From: an uncultured delta proteobacterium
Lineage (GTDB): Bacteria > Desulfobacterota > Binatia > UBA9968
Direction: 5' to 3'
NCBI GenBank assembly: GCA_963771465.1
Contig: CAVYTU010000015.1
Coordinates: 1,184,001-1,248,000, forward strand
Length of the DNA: 64,000 bases
Position numbers and translations under genes: made by a program. The notes beneath the pieces were generated by a model, which was not told the origin of the DNA, made no database searches, and was given only the letters and a program-made list of their open reading frames with translations. Of the stretch, positions 50,282 through 61,000 are shown one piece after another. Each line of letters opens with the position of its first letter. Within the stretch, counting starts at the first letter, position 1.

Positions 50282-52186
50282 TCACGCGCCCTTGGCGTAT
50301 CCGAGCTCCTTGAGTGCTTTCTCGATCTCCTGGAGGATTGTTGGGTCGTCGATCGTGGCCGGCATCTTGTACTCCTCGGAGTCGGCGATCTTCTGCATGA
50401 TGCCGCGCAGGATCTTCCCCGAACGCGTCTTGGGCAGCCGCTTGATCACGGTTGCGGTCTTGAACGTCGCGACCGCTCCGATCCTCTCGCGCACCATCTG
50501 CACGACCTCGCTCACGATCTCACTGGTCCGGCTGCGATCCACGCCTACCTTAAGCACGAGGAAGCCCAGAGGAACCTGGCCCTTGAGCGGGTCGGCGACA
50601 CCGATCACCGCGCACTCGGCGACGTCCGGGTGCGCGGCGAGAATCTCCTCCATCGCCCCCGTCGAGAGCCGATGCCCGGAGACGTTGATGACATCGTCGA
50701 TCCGGGTCATGACGAACACATATCCGTCTTCATCAATGAAGCCGGCGTCACCCGTCTTGTAGTAACCCGGATACTCCGCGAGGTAGGACTCCTGGTAGCG
50801 TGAATCGGCGTTCCAGAGTGTCGTCAAAGTCCCGGGCGGAAGCGGGAGCCTGCAGGCCAGCGCGCCCATGTCACCAGCCTTGGCGGGCTTGCCTCTCCGA
50901 TCCAGAACCTGGACATCCCACCCGGGCACCGGCTTGGTCGGCGAGCCCGGCTTGACCGGCAACATCCCGAGCCCGACGCAGTTCGCGCAGATGGCCCAGC
51001 CGGTCTCGGTTTGCCACCAGTGGTCGAGCACCGGCACCTCGAGCTTCTCCTGTGCCCAGCGGAGCGTGGCAGAATCGAGACGCTCGCCGGCCAAGAACAG
51101 CGTCCGAAACCTCGAGAGATCGTACTCCTTGATGAAATCGCCGTTCGGGTCTTCGCGCTTGATCGCTCGGAAGGCGGTCGGCGCCGTGAAAAGACACGCG
51201 ACCTTGTGCTGCGAGATCACACGCCAGAACACGCCGGCATCTGGCGACCCGACCGGCTTGCCCTCGAACAACAGCGTGGTGCAGCCGCGAATGAGAGGCC
51301 CGTAGACGATGTAGGAATGCCCCACCACCCAGCCGATGTCGGAGGCAGCCCAGTACACCTCCCCCGGGTCGACACCGTAGACATGCCTCATGGTCCAGTC
51401 CAGCGCCACCAGGTGCCCTCCATTATCACGCACGATGCCCTTCGGTTGGCCCGTCGTGCCCGAGGTGTAGAGGATGTAGAGCGGGTCGTTGGCATCAACC
51501 GGCACGCAGTCATGCGGCCTCGCGCCGGCCATGACCTCGTTCCAGTCGAGATCCCGACCCTGCACGAGCGCTGCACGCTCCATCCGACGCTGGTAGACGA
51601 TGCAACGCTCGGGCTTGTGCCCGGCCGTCGCGATGGCGGAGTCGAGGAGTTGCTTGTAGGCCACGATCCGGCCAGGCTCGACGCCACAGGACGCTGAGAT
51701 GACGAGCTTCGGCTTGGCGTCGTCGATTCGAACGGCTAGCTCGTTCGATGCAAAGCCGCCGAAGACCACCGAGTGAATGGCGCCGAGTCGTGCAACCGCA
51801 AGCATGGCTATCACGGCTTCGGGGATCATCGGCATATAGATGATGACCCGGTCACCCTTCGAGACGCCCAGCGCAGCGAGCGCCCCCGCGCACCTGGCGA
51901 TCTCATCCCGAAGCGCACGGAAGGTGTAAGACTTGATCGTGTCCGTGACCGGGCTGTCGTAGATCAGCGCCAGCTGTTCCCCGCGCCCGTTCTCGATGTG
52001 CCGATCGACGGCGTTGTAGCAGGTGTTGACCTTGCCGCCGACGAACCACCGGTAGAAGGGCTTGTTCGAATCATCGAGGACTTTGTCCCACTTCTTGTAC
52101 CAATGGATCTCATCTCCGGCCTCGGCCCAAAACCGCTCGGGGTCGTTGAGTGAGCGCGCGTAAGCCTCCTCGTATCGGCTGGTCAT
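50282..52186 (-). CDS. prpE: Propionate--CoA ligase (acetate/propionate acyl-CoA synthetase)
   Basis: YTSGTTGQPKG, SDIGWVVGHSY, DHWWQTETG, LPKTRSGKILR; start at MTSRYEE. Confidence 0.85.
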   Translation of the reverse strand: MTSRYEEAYARSLNDPERFWAEAGDEIHWYKKWDKVLDDSNKPFYRWFVGGKVNTCYNAVDRHIENGRGEQLALIYDSPVTDTIKSYTFRALRDEIARCAGALAALGVSKGDRVIIYMPMIPEAVIAMLAVARLGAIHSVVFGGFASNELAVRIDDAKPKLVISASCGVEPGRIVAYKQLLDSAIATAGHKPERCIVYQRRMERAALVQGRDLDWNEVMAGARPHDCVPVDANDPLYILYTSGTTGQPKGIVRDNGGHLVALDWTMRHVYGVDPGEVYWAASDIGWVVGHSYIVYGPLIRGCTTLLFEGKPVGSPDAGVFWRVISQHKVACLFTAPTAFRAIKREDPNGDFIKEYDLSRFRTLFLAGERLDSATLRWAQEKLEVPVLDHWWQTETGWAICANCVGLGMLPVKPGSPTKPVPGWDVQVLDRRGKPAKAGDMGALACRLPLPPGTLTTLWNADSRYQESYLAEYPGYYKTGDAGFIDEDGYVFVMTRIDDVINVSGHRLSTGAMEEILAAHPDVAECAVIGVADPLKGQVPLGFLVLKVGVDRSRTSEIVSEVVQMVRERIGAVATFKTATVIKRLPKTRSGKILRGIMQKIADSEEYKMPATIDDPTILQEIEKALKELGYAKGA

Positions 52187-52240
52187 GATCCTTCCCTTCT
52201 CACCGGCGATCCCTCTGCCCGACTTGTAAGCCTTCTGGGC

Positions 52241-52310
52241 ACCTAACGACCCAAGCTCAGCGACGGCGGCCACGGGCGCCGATTGAAACCGCAGCGCGAC
52301 GTCGCCGTTC
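52241..52310 (-). mobile_element. attC site (left end truncated) upstream of prpE
   Basis: Minus strand GAACGGCGACG...GCCGCCGTCGCTGAGCTTGGGTCGTTAGGT. Confidence 0.75.
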
Positions 52311-52593
52311 GCATACTGACCAGTATATTACCGAATCCAAAAATCACAGTTGCCCGAGCTTTATCTTTTCGACAAACAACTTGTCAATTAGTTTTCATCC
52401 ACGGTTTTTCCAAAATACCTGGTCAGTATATCACCAACATACCTGCACAGCACACTACGCCGCAGCACTGAACTGTAAGACGCAACAGTTCCATTGCACA
52501 AGAAATTAAGCTGCGATACACCCAGTTCGCTTCGGTCTAATTTCAGCGAATGCACCGCGCGTCATTGACTGAAATATACTAGTCTAAATTTTA

Positions 52594-52702
52594 CGAAAAC
52601 CCGATGAATTTTTTGCGATTGGCAAAGTAGACGGCGAAAATGCACTTGCGCAACGCGAGCAGAAATCTAACTGGTTGGATGTAAAGAAGTAAAAATGTGG
52701 CC
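52594..52702 (+). repeat. att-flank direct repeat, copy 2
   Basis: Homologous to 41554-41674; abuts the tRNA fragment. Confidence 0.85.
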
Positions 52703-52748
52703 AGGGACGGGATTGAACCGCCGACACGAGGATTTTCAGTCCTCTGCT
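52698..52748 (-). tRNA. tRNA-Phe(GAA) 3' fragment (att site, not a full tRNA)
   Basis: AGCAGAGGACTGAAAATCCTCGTGTCGGCGGTTCAATCCCGTCCCTGGCCA: anticodon arm, T arm and 3' acceptor strand; 5' strand and D arm absent. Confidence 0.9.
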
Positions 52749-52774
52749 GGTACCGGGACTATGTGTCACTATGT

Positions 52775-52879
52775 GTCGTCAAATGAATGAATCCAAGCGT
52801 CTGGAGCCGCTGCGCGGCGGCTCTATTTGCCGATTGAGACACATTCGCGCAGATAGTTCTGGCAAAGTTATGGCAAAGT
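52775..52879 (+). repeat. Island-end direct repeat (partner 55750-55854)
   Basis: GTCGTCAA.TGAATGAATCCAAGCGTCTG...ATAGTTCTGGCAAAGTT.TGGCAAAGT in both copies. Confidence 0.85.
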
Positions 52880-52884
52880 GGATC

Positions 52885-53283
52885 TCTTTTACCGCGACGA
52901 TAGTACTCGATGATATGCCGCTCTTCCCGAAGAACTGCGACGGACACTTGATGTTCCGAGCAATAAAGCCGTCTTGGGCGCTGTACCACAGCTCGTTAGT
53001 GTTCTTGTCTATCAGCGCCTGCTCCCCGGTATAGTCTCCGAACGCATTTTGCCCACTGTAAGTCATGCAGATCGTATTCCCGGCCACCGCCACCTTCTCG
53101 ACCGCGAACGCCATCGGATTGCGGCTGTTCCGTTTGGTCATGATCGCCAGCACCACCGCTCATTTTCGTCGGCGATGGCTCTGGCGTGTTCGACCGGTTG
53201 GCCGCCACAGCAAGAGCCCAAAGGATAATGAACCACGTCAATGCCCCTACCGTCAGGGCGATACAGAATGTTACGTTTTTCAT
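52885..53283 (-). pseudogene. Hypothetical membrane-anchored protein, frameshifted or truncated
   Basis: MKNVTFCIAL... TM segment (ORF 52996-53283) continuing in the frame of ORF 52779-53156. Confidence 0.4.
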
Positions 53284-53489
53284 GTCGATTTTGAGCTAGT
53301 GCAAACTGCCATGTTCGGCGCAAACATCATAAGTGTTGCCCCAAGCTGGACTCAAAGCTCGGTTACATCGACTGCAGCGAGAGCAGCTCCAGAGAAATTG
53401 GAGTCGAAAAGTCTTTGTTCCAATAAGAGGATTAATGGGCTATGTGCCCCAGTAGATTTTTGTAGTAGTTTTTCCTGGAGACGACCATC

Positions 53490-53805
53490 ATGCGAACCCT
53501 CCAGCTCCACTTTCCCGATGACGCCCTCGCAACCCTGCATACTGTGTTGAAGCAGACGAAAGACCCCCGTGTCTTCCGGCGCGCCCAAGCGGTCCATGAA
53601 GTGGTCAAAGGCACTCGCCTGCATACGGGCTCCGACACACGTGCGTTTCCTTCTTCGACCCTCAGCACATGGGCCCATCACTTTGCCCAGGCAGGGGCCC
53701 CTGGCCCTGTTGGCCGCCCGCGCTCCGGCCGACCGCCCACAGTCACGTGTGCTCTCGACATGCAGCTCAATCGCCTCGTCGAGCAAGAGCCTCTACCACA
53801 TAGCT
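53490..53805 (+). mobile_element. IS630-family transposase N-terminal HTH remnant
   Basis: KDPRVFRRAQAV...STLSTWAHHF...RPRSGRPP; no DDE domain. Confidence 0.7.
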
Positions 53806-53898
53806 TCCTTATTCTCAGTGGAGTGACCGCGTACTCGCCACGGCGCACGGTCGGGACAGGCACCGCGGCGGGGGGAATAGCGCGGGGGGGAGCTTCCC

Positions 53899-55230
53899 AT
53901 GCCGCCTAACAGATGCAGCATGCGCCGGCTGCTGCTACGCATCTGCGCCGTGTCATGTCTCGCGAACGTCTTGTTCTTCGCATTGATGCTGCTTGTGCAG
54001 CCGCATCCCGCAACGATCCTGGCACGCATCACGTTCCACGCCAGTGGCGCCGTGGTCTTGCAGCCGCATCTCGCTCGGAATGACTGCGTCGTGCTGCAAA
54101 TGCTCCTGAACCCCGCTTCATCGCGGCTCAAACGAGCTCTCGCGCCCGCGGTCTACTATCGTGAGGATTGGCGCCATCCGTGTGACGTGTTACGCGACAT
54201 GGTTGAACAGGGCCTGAAGCCGGACACCGTGACCTCGGGCACCATTGTGGGTGAGGGATACGCACGTTACTGGCATGGGTACAATGTCGTGACCGCCTTG
54301 GCGCTCCGCGTGATGGAGGTGCAGCACTTCCGTCGACTGCTCCTGGCCTGTGTCGGGCTCGCGCTTGGCCTGCTCGCTTTGGCAACCGCCCATGGCGGGG
54401 CTCGCACGCGCCGGACGGGGCTCATGATCGCGGTGACGGCAGCAACGCTCTGGGCGGTGCCTCGTTTTGCGCGGGAATTCACGTTCGGCCCCGGTGATAC
54501 CTTCCTGATTGCTGCCCTCGCGGTCATACCGGCTTGGCCGAGAATAACCGTCAGGCTTGAGACCCTTGTGCTCTTCGGATCGACGTACGGAGCGACGGTC
54601 GTGTTTTTTGAGATGTTGACAGGGCAACTACCCATCGCGTTCGCTTGGCTGGGCGCACTCACGCTGGCTGCGGCGCGAGATGAGCACCAGCCGGCTGGGA
54701 TGGCTGCCGCCGTGTCGGTCGGCGCAGCGCTGGGCGCCTTCTGCCTCTCGGCCGTGCTCACCGTACTGATCAAGCAGTGCTTAGCGGTGATCCTGGCAGA
54801 GCCTCAGGCGGCTGCCGCATTTCTCGGGCACCTCCAGATGTATAGTGGCCTGCCGACGTCCGAGGGAAGCTCCGCTTCCCTGATGGCACCGTTCGTTCGG
54901 ATGTTGCAGGAAACCCGCGTGCTCACTGCCGGGTATGCCGCAGCGGGCTACGGACTGATGGCTGCCACGGCGATCGGGTGGATGGCTGCTGCCGGCATGG
55001 CGTGGCGGCAACGGCGCAATGTCAACGGTCAGGACCGTGCGATTCTCCTGGCGTTATCGCTGGTGCCGGTTGGTTGGGTGCTGCTCCTGCCCACGCACAC
55101 GTTGCTTCACGCCTGGTTCATGGTGCGGATCATGATCATACCGATTGCACTCGTGCCCGTCGCATTGTGGTGGCCAAAGACGCCTGACCACGTCCGGCAG
55201 ACGGGTGTGTCACTGGCCCACGCCGGCTAG
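53899..55230 (+). CDS. Polytopic membrane protein (YARYWHG motif; possibly GT-C glycosyltransferase-like)
   Basis: Many hydrophobic segments, YARYWHGY, HTLLHAWFMVR; GC-rich. Confidence 0.65.
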   Translation: MPPNRCSMRRLLLRICAVSCLANVLFFALMLLVQPHPATILARITFHASGAVVLQPHLARNDCVVLQMLLNPASSRLKRALAPAVYYREDWRHPCDVLRDMVEQGLKPDTVTSGTIVGEGYARYWHGYNVVTALALRVMEVQHFRRLLLACVGLALGLLALATAHGGARTRRTGLMIAVTAATLWAVPRFAREFTFGPGDTFLIAALAVIPAWPRITVRLETLVLFGSTYGATVVFFEMLTGQLPIAFAWLGALTLAAARDEHQPAGMAAAVSVGAALGAFCLSAVLTVLIKQCLAVILAEPQAAAAFLGHLQMYSGLPTSEGSSASLMAPFVRMLQETRVLTAGYAAAGYGLMAATAIGWMAAAGMAWRQRRNVNGQDRAILLALSLVPVGWVLLLPTHTLLHAWFMVRIMIIPIALVPVALWWPKTPDHVRQTGVSLAHAG

Positions 55231-55287
55231 CAGGCTGGGGTTTTCCGCCCACCCCTCTCATGCAGTGCGCCGCATGAGAGGGAGCCA

Positions 55288-55435
55288 ATGGTCGGGAGAT
55301 CACTGGCCCGAGTTGAAGATGCCATCAATCATCTGCGTGAATTCTTTGGTCCTGATAAGGCCATCGAGATTCCGAGCGACCGCGTGACAGAATATGTGGC
55401 AAAGCGGCAGGACAAGAAGGCCGCCGCGAGCACCG
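55288..55435 (+). pseudogene. Tyrosine integrase core-binding-domain fragment
   Basis: GRSLARVEDAINHLREFFG...IPSDRVTEYVAKRQ...AAAST. Confidence 0.7.
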
Positions 55436-55749
55436 GCAAATCTGACCGTGCCTGCGCAGTAACTATTGCGCTGCGTCTGACAAATCGAATCCCGCCAATC
55501 CGCACGCAAAAACCGCGTATGTCCGCTATGCTGTAGGGACACGGCAGGCATACGCGGCAGATCCGGCCCACCAGGAAACCAGAACGCGTTCAGACACGGT
55601 TTAGCGGGCATCGCACAGCGCCGTTCTGACGGTGTTCTCAAACCCAGGGAACAGTCTATTCGAGAGGAAATCCTGTCCGGCTTGCTCACTGACAAAGGTG
55701 GAGCTGCGCAGATCAGCACCGCCACGTGCGTGCTGGCCGGTCACCATTG

Positions 55750-55854
55750 GTCGTCAACTGAATGAATCCAAGCGTCTGAAGGCGTTTGGCTCTCGCTCAA
55801 TTTACCGATTGGAACACATTCGAACAAATAGTTCTGGCAAAGTTGTGGCAAAGT
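55750..55854 (+). repeat. Island-end direct repeat, copy 2
   Basis: Homologous to 52775-52879. Confidence 0.85.
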
Positions 55855-55977
55855 AAAAAGCATAAAGAGCACAAAGTCGAGTAGATCACCGGATGAAGCG
55901 AATGCGACGGTCATAACGGCGTGAGCGTAAACCCGCCGCGGTGATCTTTTAGCGTTAGGCTCTTGGGAGAGTGCCTC

Positions 55978-56178
55978 ATGAGCGTGAGACGAATCCTCGT
56001 GCGGGAGGCGGCTTTGCTGGCCTCTGGAGCGCGGCTGGCGCGGCCCGCAACTCGACGAACTCGGATGTGGCCCAGAGGCCGTGAAGGTGACTCTCGTCAA
56101 CCGCGACGGCTTCCATAACATCCGTGTGCGCAACTACGAGTCAGACCTAACCCCGGTCCGGGTCTCCCTTGATGACGC
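55978..56178 (+). pseudogene. NAD(P)/FAD-dependent oxidoreductase (NDH-2-like) N-terminal fragment
   Basis: MSVRRILV.GGGFAGLWSAAGAAR...VTLVNRD...IRVRNYE across frameshifts; follows GTTAGGC at 55954. Confidence 0.7.
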
Positions 56179-56313
56179 TCCCGTTCTTTGTCGGGGTGCA
56201 ACGCGAATGCGCCCGCTAATGCAATTATACTGTCGCAGGAGTTGGCTGTGAGACTAAAACCTATGCCGCCAGAAATGATGCTAGGCAGTTTCCAGAACTG
56301 GCCCGCATCGCGA

Positions 56314-58080
56314 TCAGGGTCCATTCGCAAGAACGTCGAAACGAAGGCCACTCGATCCTTCGCCCCGGCCAATCTGTTTACGCCGTCCGATCCATACATG
56401 CGTCGAGCCGTCGAACCACCTGGTGTATTGGTAGTTTCGTGTGATACGCACGCCTTCGCGCGGCACTTCTTCTTCGTACATCTCCAGCGCTCGACCAGGA
56501 TCAGGCGTCAAGATAAGGCCCTTTGCGGTGACCGGCTCCGGAGAGCCATCTGTTTTGAGCACGGCACCACGTTTCAGACGCAGCCCTTCTCCCACACGTG
56601 CCGGCACGAGCGGGATCCAGTAATCAGGGATTTCCGTCGAAAGACGATAGCGCAGCGGTCCGGCTGCCGATGCAGCCTTATCCGCGGTTCTCAGTTCATT
56701 CCGCCGTTTCTTTTCCAAGTAGGTTTCAAATCGACTGAGTGGCCGCTCGGCGGGGCTTTCGATCAGCCGCTCAACCGCCCACGCCAGATTGGCCATTTCG
56801 TCACGCAAGAGCAGCACCTCTTCAATGGGCCGGCTCTCCATACTCTTGAGGAGCGATGGCGGCAGGAAAAACAGATTCATTGCCGGCTTTGTGATTCCGC
56901 TCTCCCGCGTGTAAGAATGCTGGAACATTCGCCACGTGGAGTGGGGCTCGCCCAATTCGCTCGAGGACTTTATCAATGTACGATCACCGAATGTATTGGT
57001 GATGATTAAGGAACGGGTCCGGTAGACAAATCCCACGTCCAGGTCAATAGGTACGACAAACCAGTCATTGCCGTAATCCAGTGCAAATTCGACCAGCAGC
57101 ATGCGCGCCAAGTCGGTCGGCCCGGCGTCCACCGAGCCGAAATCCACCTGGGCGTCTTCAAATTCCCAGAACCGCGCCGCCGGCATGCCGCGAAAGCTGA
57201 CGGGTGCCGGAATGACCGAGTGCGTAATTTCCCTCGAAGGATTGTCCGTCCCGGCTCCGAGGCTCACCTCAGGATTGGCATCGAAGCTGTACCAGTCCAG
57301 ATGACCGTCAAAATATTCCTGCGCGGTCAGTGTGCACTCGCCGTCGCTGAGCCGAGTTGCCACCGAAAACGCATACTCCATGCGCTCCGGCAACCACGAT
57401 GAATTGTTTACATCGGGCTCGCTGAAAAGTGTCTCATACCATTGCAGCCAGAGCCGCGCGGCCTTTTCGACTTCCGCCAAATCGGGCGAAGCAATATGCA
57501 GAACGGGGGCGATGGCAATTCCGCCCGCGTCCGCCGAACGGAAGGCGGCATAAAGCCGCCGACCGTCCGGGACGCGTGATGCCATCAGATCAAAGAAGCC
57601 GAGGCTGTCGCGATCAAGGGTGGCGCGTTGCTCCACCGTCAATGTCGGAAATGGATATTCGGCGATGAACGCCTCGCGGTAATCACGCGACAGCGGCTGC
57701 AGTTCGAGCATGCGTAAGAACTGCTGGCCCGCATCCGCGGCCAGCCTTAGCTTTTCCTGCTGCGCTGTTTGATCTGCTGCCGAACGAACTGGTTCTCGCT
57801 CCACCAGAGTTTCGAGTGGCATGCGGCTGCCGTCATAGTTCGGAGCGTCGACTCTGGTGGTTGGCGGAATGGCTCCCGAATGATACCGGGTCAGCGGCGC
57901 CGATTCGGCGCGCCAACGTGCCATCACCGGCGAGCCGTTGTCTTCTCCCTGGAACTCTCCGAACTGCCATTGTCGCGCCAACAGCCAGAGAGGATCGTAG
58001 ATCCTCGCTTGCAAACTGGTATTCATCTCGGCATCGCGGCTGCGCGGCTCGAGCCGCATCCAACTGGTGATCGATGGCAT
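56314..58080 (-). CDS. Uncharacterised 588-aa protein, third gene of the large-protein operon
   Basis: Intact ORF with WMRLEPR, DPLWLLARQWQFGEFQGEDNGSP, GMPAARFWEFED, YGNDWF, LLRDEMANLAWAVE, GEGSSGLRFD; GAGGG RBS. Confidence 0.85.
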   Translation of the reverse strand: MPSITSWMRLEPRSRDAEMNTSLQARIYDPLWLLARQWQFGEFQGEDNGSPVMARWRAESAPLTRYHSGAIPPTTRVDAPNYDGSRMPLETLVEREPVRSAADQTAQQEKLRLAADAGQQFLRMLELQPLSRDYREAFIAEYPFPTLTVEQRATLDRDSLGFFDLMASRVPDGRRLYAAFRSADAGGIAIAPVLHIASPDLAEVEKAARLWLQWYETLFSEPDVNNSSWLPERMEYAFSVATRLSDGECTLTAQEYFDGHLDWYSFDANPEVSLGAGTDNPSREITHSVIPAPVSFRGMPAARFWEFEDAQVDFGSVDAGPTDLARMLLVEFALDYGNDWFVVPIDLDVGFVYRTRSLIITNTFGDRTLIKSSSELGEPHSTWRMFQHSYTRESGITKPAMNLFFLPPSLLKSMESRPIEEVLLLRDEMANLAWAVERLIESPAERPLSRFETYLEKKRRNELRTADKAASAAGPLRYRLSTEIPDYWIPLVPARVGEGLRLKRGAVLKTDGSPEPVTAKGLILTPDPGRALEMYEEEVPREGVRITRNYQYTRWFDGSTHVWIGRRKQIGRGEGSSGLRFDVLANGP

Positions 58081-58088
58081 TATTCCCT

Positions 58089-61000
58089 CTACTTGATCGG
58101 TGTGAAATCAGTGGAAACGGTATGGCCGGACGTGTTGCAAGCAAAATACAAAGCCGGCAGGTAATGCCCGACTTCATCCAGCGCGTCGGGGTCGACGGCG
58201 CGAATTCTTGCCAGATCGAGAGTTTCCAGCAGCACCTGTTGCAGCGACCAGACCGTCCAAGGCAAATCGACCTGCGGCGGCACGGCGACCAGAATCGTTT
58301 GAGGTGGGGCGGCGTTCGGTTGATCGTACTGAAACGAGATGCCGGTAGTCTCTTTCGCACCCGGCACGACTTCCACCCATTCGTCGATGAGCAGCCCGGC
58401 CAGCGGCCGGCGCACGTCAACCGGCGCGGCGGATTGCACGGCGAGGGAAAGTTTTCCGCCCGCCATGCTCATCCCGGCTTGGAGTGGTAAGCCGACCCAG
58501 CGATCATTGGCGTTGTACGGAAGCTGCGCGATGGTCAATTTGAGTTTTTCTCCAGTCTTGAGCGCTTCGGAATAACTAAGCACGGCATGGAGCCGTGCTA
58601 CGCCTTCGCGCACGCGCGCCATTCGTTGGAACCAGGTGGTAGAAACAAGCGGATCGCCACCTTGTATCTTCGCGCTGTCGGCAAGCGCTTGCTCGAGTTC
58701 AGCGCCATTCACCGAAGTGAAACGAGGCAGTACAACAAACATTTTGCCAAAGACAAGGCGCAGCCGCGCCATAGCGTGATCGCGCCGCTGTTCAACCGTC
58801 GCCGCATTAGGGTTAGGATCGGTGGGGAGCACCGTCAGTTGCGCGACCCGTTGCGCCAACTCTTTTTGGATCGAGCCCGCCTGCGTGAGCAGTATGTGGC
58901 GCTCCGCTGGAGAATCGCCACCAGCGGAAAGCGGCACGGCGCCGGCCACGCCGAAGCCAGCGGAACGCGCAATCAATTCCCGCAATGCCTCCGGGTTAGC
59001 CGTGTTCGGCGCGCTAAATTGTTGGAAGTCGTTGGTCGTCCGGCGCAGCGACTCCTCGGCGTTGGCCGCACGAGTTTCTAACTCGACAACGTCCAAGCCG
59101 GAATCCGCGCTTCGCTCCGGCAAGTTCAAATCGTCAGCGTCAATTCCGCGCGCGCCGGTAATCAGTTTGCGCGCTGTCCGCAACAACTCGCTGAACTCTC
59201 CGTATCCCAACTCACCGGCCGACCATTCCGGTTTGCGGTCGGTATTAACGCGCAGCAGCGAACCGGGCGCGAAGGCGTTCGGCTGTCGCATGATCGTATA
59301 GAAGATGCGTTGTTCGATCTCCGCCTGCTGCCCGCCTTCTCCGCCTTCAACGGCATAAATGAAATCGAGCGGCGCAAGGCGCAGTTCGTTAAGGCGGATC
59401 TCTTTCGTCTCCAAAACCTGTCCGGTCGTCGGTTCAATCCGCTCAACCGCGCAGCGCACACTCGCTGGATTACCGAGCAGTTTGGCCGCCCAAGCGTTCA
59501 ATTGCGGCTCGGCGTTGGCGCGAAAAGATTCCTGGGATGACGCCCATTCGAACGGGAGCTGCGGATCACCGCTGAACAAGGTTACTAGCCGATGCGTCAG
59601 TGCGATGCCGGTGCGCGGCGTCCGTGCGACTTCAAGTTCGGGCGGCGGCGTTTCGCCGCCCGCGATGGATTCCACCGTCATGGCGGCGCGCACCGGATTT
59701 CCGCTCACGACCTGATACATGCTTTCGGCCATCAGCGCATCGCTGACGGCGTCGACGGAATCGGCCAGTCCGTCCAGCTCAGTTTCCAAAACGGATTTTG
59801 CGTTTTCCAGTTCAGGCTGCGGTGGCCTTTTCTGAAGCGGGTTAAAAAGCTCCTTGAGCGCGTCAGTACCCTTGCGCACAGCCAACCAGCGACGCTGCAG
59901 CTCAAGGCCATCCACGACGTTGTTGGCGGCGATGGCTTCGACCGGTTGATCGGTTTGCTCGAGCTTTCGCGCCACTAGAGGTGCCAGTTCGCGGAAAAAC
60001 GAAATGAATTGCGGCTTTTTAGCTTCCTGCAAACGGCGCTCGAATCGGTAACCCAGCAACGCGCCCAGCGGCTGCCCTTGTCTAACGCCGTCGAGCAGCC
60101 AGGTCGCTAACCGCAGACGCTCCGACGACAGATCGATGGCTAGCAGGTCATTCGGCATTTGATTGCCGGCGTGAGCAAGATGACCGCTCCGCAGCACGGC
60201 CGCCGTCGTGGCTTGCGCCAGCGATGGCGCGTGAATGAATCCGGGATTGTTCGCCAACTGAAATACCGGTTCGGATTCTCCGGCCGTCGGGGCGACGATT
60301 GGGATTGTTGCGGCCGCGGGCTGCAGATTCATCACCCAGCCGTAGCCGCCGAACAGCACGCCGGCCGGATTCATCTTGCGCATCTCGGCCAATCGCTTGG
60401 TCGCAAACGAAGTGATCCACGCATCGAGCCGGTAGGAGCACAGATCGAGCGTGCCAGTCATCAACTGTTCAAGTCTGGCGGAATCGAGCGACTTCAGGTG
60501 CGCCAGGCTGGTGCGGAATTCGCTCAGCACTTTAAGTTCGGGTTCCTGGCCGACGTCGGGTTCGCCGGAGGGCGTAAAGCCGAGCAGATATTTTCCGAGC
60601 TCCATTGGATCCTGAACGCCCTGCACGGTGATCTTCGTCGCCATCTGCCGCCAGACGGTTTGCATCAATTGTCCCAGGGGTAGATCCACCAGCTCCGGCT
60701 CGCGGCGCAGCGAGGATTGCAGCAATCCTCGCTGAATCAGCAGCCGCGAGGCGGCAGCCGCGTATTCGAGCAGCATCGAATGGCGGAGCAGCAGGTACAG
60801 AAGCGTGCGCGGCGGCGGTTGTAGAATTGTTTCGTGACGAATCGCGTCGAGGTCTTGCGCGGCGAGCAGCGCTTCGATGTAGTTCGGGGTGAGCGGCGAA
60901 TTTTCCGCCACCTGCCCTGCTTGCACCAACCCTCCTGTGAGGTTCGCGACGCGCGGCGCAAACACGCCATGCGCTAGCCGCGGTGTCCAAGTCACACCCA

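Noticed and set aside
52187-52273. N-terminal extension of prpE (MAAVAELGSLG)
   Set aside because: This is translated attC sequence; the RBS supports the start at 52186
52698-52775. Complete tRNA-Phe gene
   Set aside because: The 5' acceptor strand and D arm are missing; it is an att fragment
53904-53940. GCCTAAC as the start of an attC
   Set aside because: No matching palindromic arm or GTTRRRY found at a suitable distance
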